A stretch of 64,000 nucleotides of DNA from positions 1,472,001-1,536,000 of the forward strand of contig CAWIGG010000002.1 of NCBI GenBank assembly GCA_963835575.1. The letters run 5' to 3'. Made by a program: the position numbers and the translations under genes. Positions 61,197 through 64,000 of this stretch are shown here, piece after piece; the stretch's first letter is position 1; every line of letters starts with the position of its first letter. This DNA comes from an uncultured Spirochaetota bacterium. GTDB lineage: Bacteria; Spirochaetota; Brevinematia; Brevinematales; JAOACQ01. Under the pieces are notes generated by a model. The model was not told where the DNA came from and did no database searches. It saw nothing but the letters and a program-made list of their open reading frames with translations.

Positions 61197-61509
61197 ACCA
61201 ACTCCTTCTTATTTTTTCAAGAAGGATTAGCTTAACATTCTCGGAGGAATTCTTCGTGTTTGATTCGCTTTTTCTTATGGTAGGTGGTAACATTTCATCC
61301 GGATTACCCGGCATGTTTCACACGGATTGGGTGGCATGTTTCACCCGGAACCCCGGCATGTTTCGTCCGGATTTTCCAGAAGACCAACTTTAAAATAGCT
61401 TCTACTGTTTAAGCATTGTTTTAATAGAGATTAATCGGTAAATTCCCATACCCGGATGCGAGCCCAGTAAATCTTTCAACCGGGGAGAAGAACAATATGG
61501 AGGCTTTAA

Positions 61510-62229
61510 ATGAATAATATTAAGTATAAAGTTTATATAATAGAATCCCAACACGCAGATGATATTTTTGAGAACAGGAAAGAAGGAAAGATTTTACAAA
61601 AAAGTTTATTGTTGTCAAATATTGATTCCAGCTATTGGAATGCAATCAATCAACAATGTTTCAACAGAGCTTTTATGGAAATTCTAGATGCTATAAAACA
61701 AACAATGGAAAAAGATTCATTACTTACAGCTCCAATTATTCATATTTCTGCTCATGGAAATGAAAATGGATTTTGGTTAACAAATAAAGATTTTATTGAT
61801 TGGAAATGCTTTTCCATTTTGTTAGATATAATTAATTTTTGGTATTATGAAAGGAAACCGAGTTATAATTTAAGCCCAATTGTTTTATGTATGTCTGTGT
61901 GTGAAGGATATAATGGTTATAAAATGTATTTAGACAAAGATATATCCCCTTGTTCAATATTAATTGGTCCAGTTAAAGAGGTTAGTTGGACAGATTCAAT
62001 AACAGCATTTACAACTTTTTATCATCTTGCTATTTATAAAGATTATACCCCTATAGATTCAATAAACATAATGAATGCTTCAGCCGGTTTAAATGATGTT
62101 TTTCAAATAATTACGAGTCCTGAAGTTGATAAATTAACAAATGGGAATAATAAGCCAAAGGAAAATAGTTGCGGAGAAAAGCCTACCGATAATGCGGTAA
62201 TTCCAAACTTAGGTTTGAAGCCATCTTAA
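61510..62229 (+). CDS. Stand-alone caspase/CHAT-like fold protein
   Basis: IIHISAHG and LCMSVC motifs with caspase-like His/Cys spacing; low GC; SD ggagg. Confidence 0.6.
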   Translation: MNNIKYKVYIIESQHADDIFENRKEGKILQKSLLLSNIDSSYWNAINQQCFNRAFMEILDAIKQTMEKDSLLTAPIIHISAHGNENGFWLTNKDFIDWKCFSILLDIINFWYYERKPSYNLSPIVLCMSVCEGYNGYKMYLDKDISPCSILIGPVKEVSWTDSITAFTTFYHLAIYKDYTPIDSINIMNASAGLNDVFQIITSPEVDKLTNGNNKPKENSCGEKPTDNAVIPNLGLKPS

Positions 62230-62419
62230 CTCTAATTTTTCGGATTAAAAAGATCAATAAAAACCTCATAACAGCATACAGAATACTTACAATACATTAC
62301 AATCTCTGCGTTCTCTGTGTCTCCGTGGCAAATAAAGAATATATTTTCATCTGTATCACGTTGCCAGGTCTGTTGACTCACTATCAATTAATGATTAAAT
62401 TAATTAAAAGGAGTATATT

Positions 62420-63505
62420 ATGGAAAAAAATATAAATTATTTGTGGATCTTTTCACTATTTCTCTGTATTTCGGTGATACTTTCCTCCTGTTCCGGAGCC
62501 AACGCAAATACAGAAAGGAGAGTAATTATGGATAGCAATAAATCTAAAGCGCCTCTGGGCCTCAAAAAGGAGGATTTAAAGGCAAAACTGACACCAGAGC
62601 AGTACAACGTCGTCTGTGAAAACGGCACGGAACAGCCTTTTAAAAACGCTTACTGGGATAATCATAAAGAAGGCATTTATGTGGATATCGTATCGGGCGA
62701 GCCCCTTTTCAGTTCAACGGACAAGTTCGATTCAGGTACAGGCTGGCCGAGCTTTACAAAACCGATCGATAAAAGCGGGATAGTGGAAAAAACGGACACA
62801 ACCTTCGGCATGGTCAGGACGGAAGTCCGCAGCAAAAAAGCCGATTCCCACCTGGGCCATGTTTTTAACGACGGCCCCGACCCGACAGGCCTCCGCTACT
62901 GCATCAATTCCGCGTCGCTCCGCTTCATCCCCGTCGAGAAGATGGAACAGGAAGGCTACGGGAAATATCTCATTCTTTTCCCGGCATTCCAGAAAAAAGC
63001 CGGTAAAAAGACAGAACTCGCGGCATTCGCCGCCGGATGCTTCTGGGGAGTTCAGGCTTATTTCAGCAGAGTGAACGGGGTCATTAAAACAACCGCCGGC
63101 TATTCTGGCGGACATATCAAAGACCCGAGCTATGAGGACGTCTGCACCGGATTGACCGGGCACGCCGAATCTGTGCTGGTTGAATACGATCCCTCGAAGG
63201 TCAGCTATGAAAGGCTTCTCAAGCACTTCTGGAAAATCCATGATCCCACAACACTGAACCGGCAGGGCAATGATGTCGGCTCGCAATACCGCTCCATCAT
63301 ATTCTATCACACTCCCGAACAGCAGAAGCTGGCCGAGGAAGCAAAGAAAGCCCTTCAGTCTTCAGGCAAATATAAAGACAGGATTGTGACGGAGATCATA
63401 CCCGCCGCGGCGTTCTACAAAGCCGAGGAATATCATCAGGATTATCTGGTGAAAAACCCGGGCGGCTACTGCCACGTTAATCTGAATAATGTGAATGCTG
63501 AGTGA
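62420..63505 (+). CDS. msrAB: Bifunctional methionine sulfoxide reductase MsrB-MsrA with lipoprotein signal
   Basis: Lipobox LSSC; MsrB GWPSF, HLGHVF, RYCINS; MsrA GCFWG, EEYHQ, GYCH. Confidence 0.95.
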   Translation: MEKNINYLWIFSLFLCISVILSSCSGANANTERRVIMDSNKSKAPLGLKKEDLKAKLTPEQYNVVCENGTEQPFKNAYWDNHKEGIYVDIVSGEPLFSSTDKFDSGTGWPSFTKPIDKSGIVEKTDTTFGMVRTEVRSKKADSHLGHVFNDGPDPTGLRYCINSASLRFIPVEKMEQEGYGKYLILFPAFQKKAGKKTELAAFAAGCFWGVQAYFSRVNGVIKTTAGYSGGHIKDPSYEDVCTGLTGHAESVLVEYDPSKVSYERLLKHFWKIHDPTTLNRQGNDVGSQYRSIIFYHTPEQQKLAEEAKKALQSSGKYKDRIVTEIIPAAAFYKAEEYHQDYLVKNPGGYCHVNLNNVNAE

Positions 63506-63599
63506 TATTGAAACACGTGTTCCCATTCGCGTTTATTCGCGGTTCCCGTTCCTTTCCTTCGTGGTTCTTCGTGCCTTCCCGTCTTCCTGTTAAAATAAT

Positions 63600-64000
63600 T
63601 CACCACTCCAGCGCCAGGTCGCCTATTAATTCCGACAGCGTCGGATGCCCATGTATAAAATTCGCAATTGATGAAACAGTCAGCTTATTCTCAATGGCAA
63701 GGCCGACCTCATGAATAAGTTCCGTCACGGAAGGGCCGATCATTGAAGCGCCGAGTATCACTCCGTCTTTGCCGGTAATGATCTTGATAAACCCGGCGTC
63801 GTTTTTCTCTATCAGCGCCTTGCCGCTCGATTTAAAGAATATTTTCTTAACCTTCACTTCCCCTTTTTGAGAGGTTTCTTTTTCCGTAAGGCCGACTGAA
63901 GCGGCCTGCGGGTTTGTAAAGACTATTCTCGGGATATTATCTTTTTGAATTGACAGCCTGTTTATTCCCAGACAGCTTTCCGCCGCGATGATCCCCTCGC
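63600..64000 (-). CDS. lpdA: Dihydrolipoamide dehydrogenase, C-terminal part (runs off window)
   Basis: IPRIVFTNPQAASVG, ILGASMIG, HGHPTLSE. Confidence 0.88.
   Translation of the reverse strand, partial: EGIIAAESCLGINRLSIQKDNIPRIVFTNPQAASVGLTEKETSQKGEVKVKKIFFKSSGKALIEKNDAGFIKIITGKDGVILGASMIGPSVTELIHEVGLAIENKLTVSSIANFIHGHPTLSELIGDLALEW

Larger units (their letters stand above)
58787..61378 (-). mobile_element. IS21-family element (2592 bp)
   Basis: TG...CA ends, multiple ~22-bp subterminal repeats (ggcatgtttc-x-ccgga), GAAG TSD at 58783-86 and 61379-82. Confidence 0.93.
56782..61393 (+). pseudogene. 203-aa membrane-anchored hypothetical protein interrupted by IS256 and IS21
   Basis: Pieces 56782-56874, 58279-58786 and 61383-61393 join in frame across both TSDs. 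Confidence 0.8.

Noticed and set aside
61285..61378. CRISPR-like short repeat array
   Set aside because: Repeats abut without unique spacers and are the normal IS21 subterminal repeats; no cas genes.
62255..62300. Integron attC site after the low-GC genes (cataacagc)
   Set aside because: No matching downstream GTTRRRY inverse core or palindrome; no integron integrase.
1100..63714. Numerous short antisense or alternate-frame ORFs in the ORF track
   Set aside because: They overlap well-supported genes and have no motifs; treated as shadow ORFs.

Overview
Chromosomal window from an AT-rich diderm bacterium, probably a spirochaete (inferred from many lipoproteins, a FadL/TraF-like barrel and groEL without adjacent groES; not verified). 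It has four kinds of content. (1) Housekeeping blocks: ddl-ftsQ-ftsA-ftsZ, ruvC-coaBC, thyX, pyrK, ymdB, groEL, batD, msrBA, partial lpdA, tRNA-Ser(TGA). (2) A translationally coupled five-gene, membrane-associated AmmeMemoRadiSam operon (4660-11198). (3) A decayed island left of the tRNA-Ser 3' end, with trans-AT PKS acyltransferase and PPTase relics, integrase and IS3 remnants, and a ROK regulator plus ChvE-GguAB-type sugar ABC transporter. (4) A heavy IS load: two IS5-type A, two IS1106-like, two IS256, one IS21, plus short palindromic MITE/REP-like repeats. Removing IS elements at their target duplications restores a 421-aa lipoprotein metallopeptidase and a 203-aa membrane protein hit twice. 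Best leads: the envelope-targeted AmmeMemoRadiSam variant; a lipoprotein-barrel-STAS-kinase operon whose lipoprotein carries 17 Thr-Asn dipeptides; and a possible dual-start MsrBA. All family calls come from motif recognition by eye; no database search was run.
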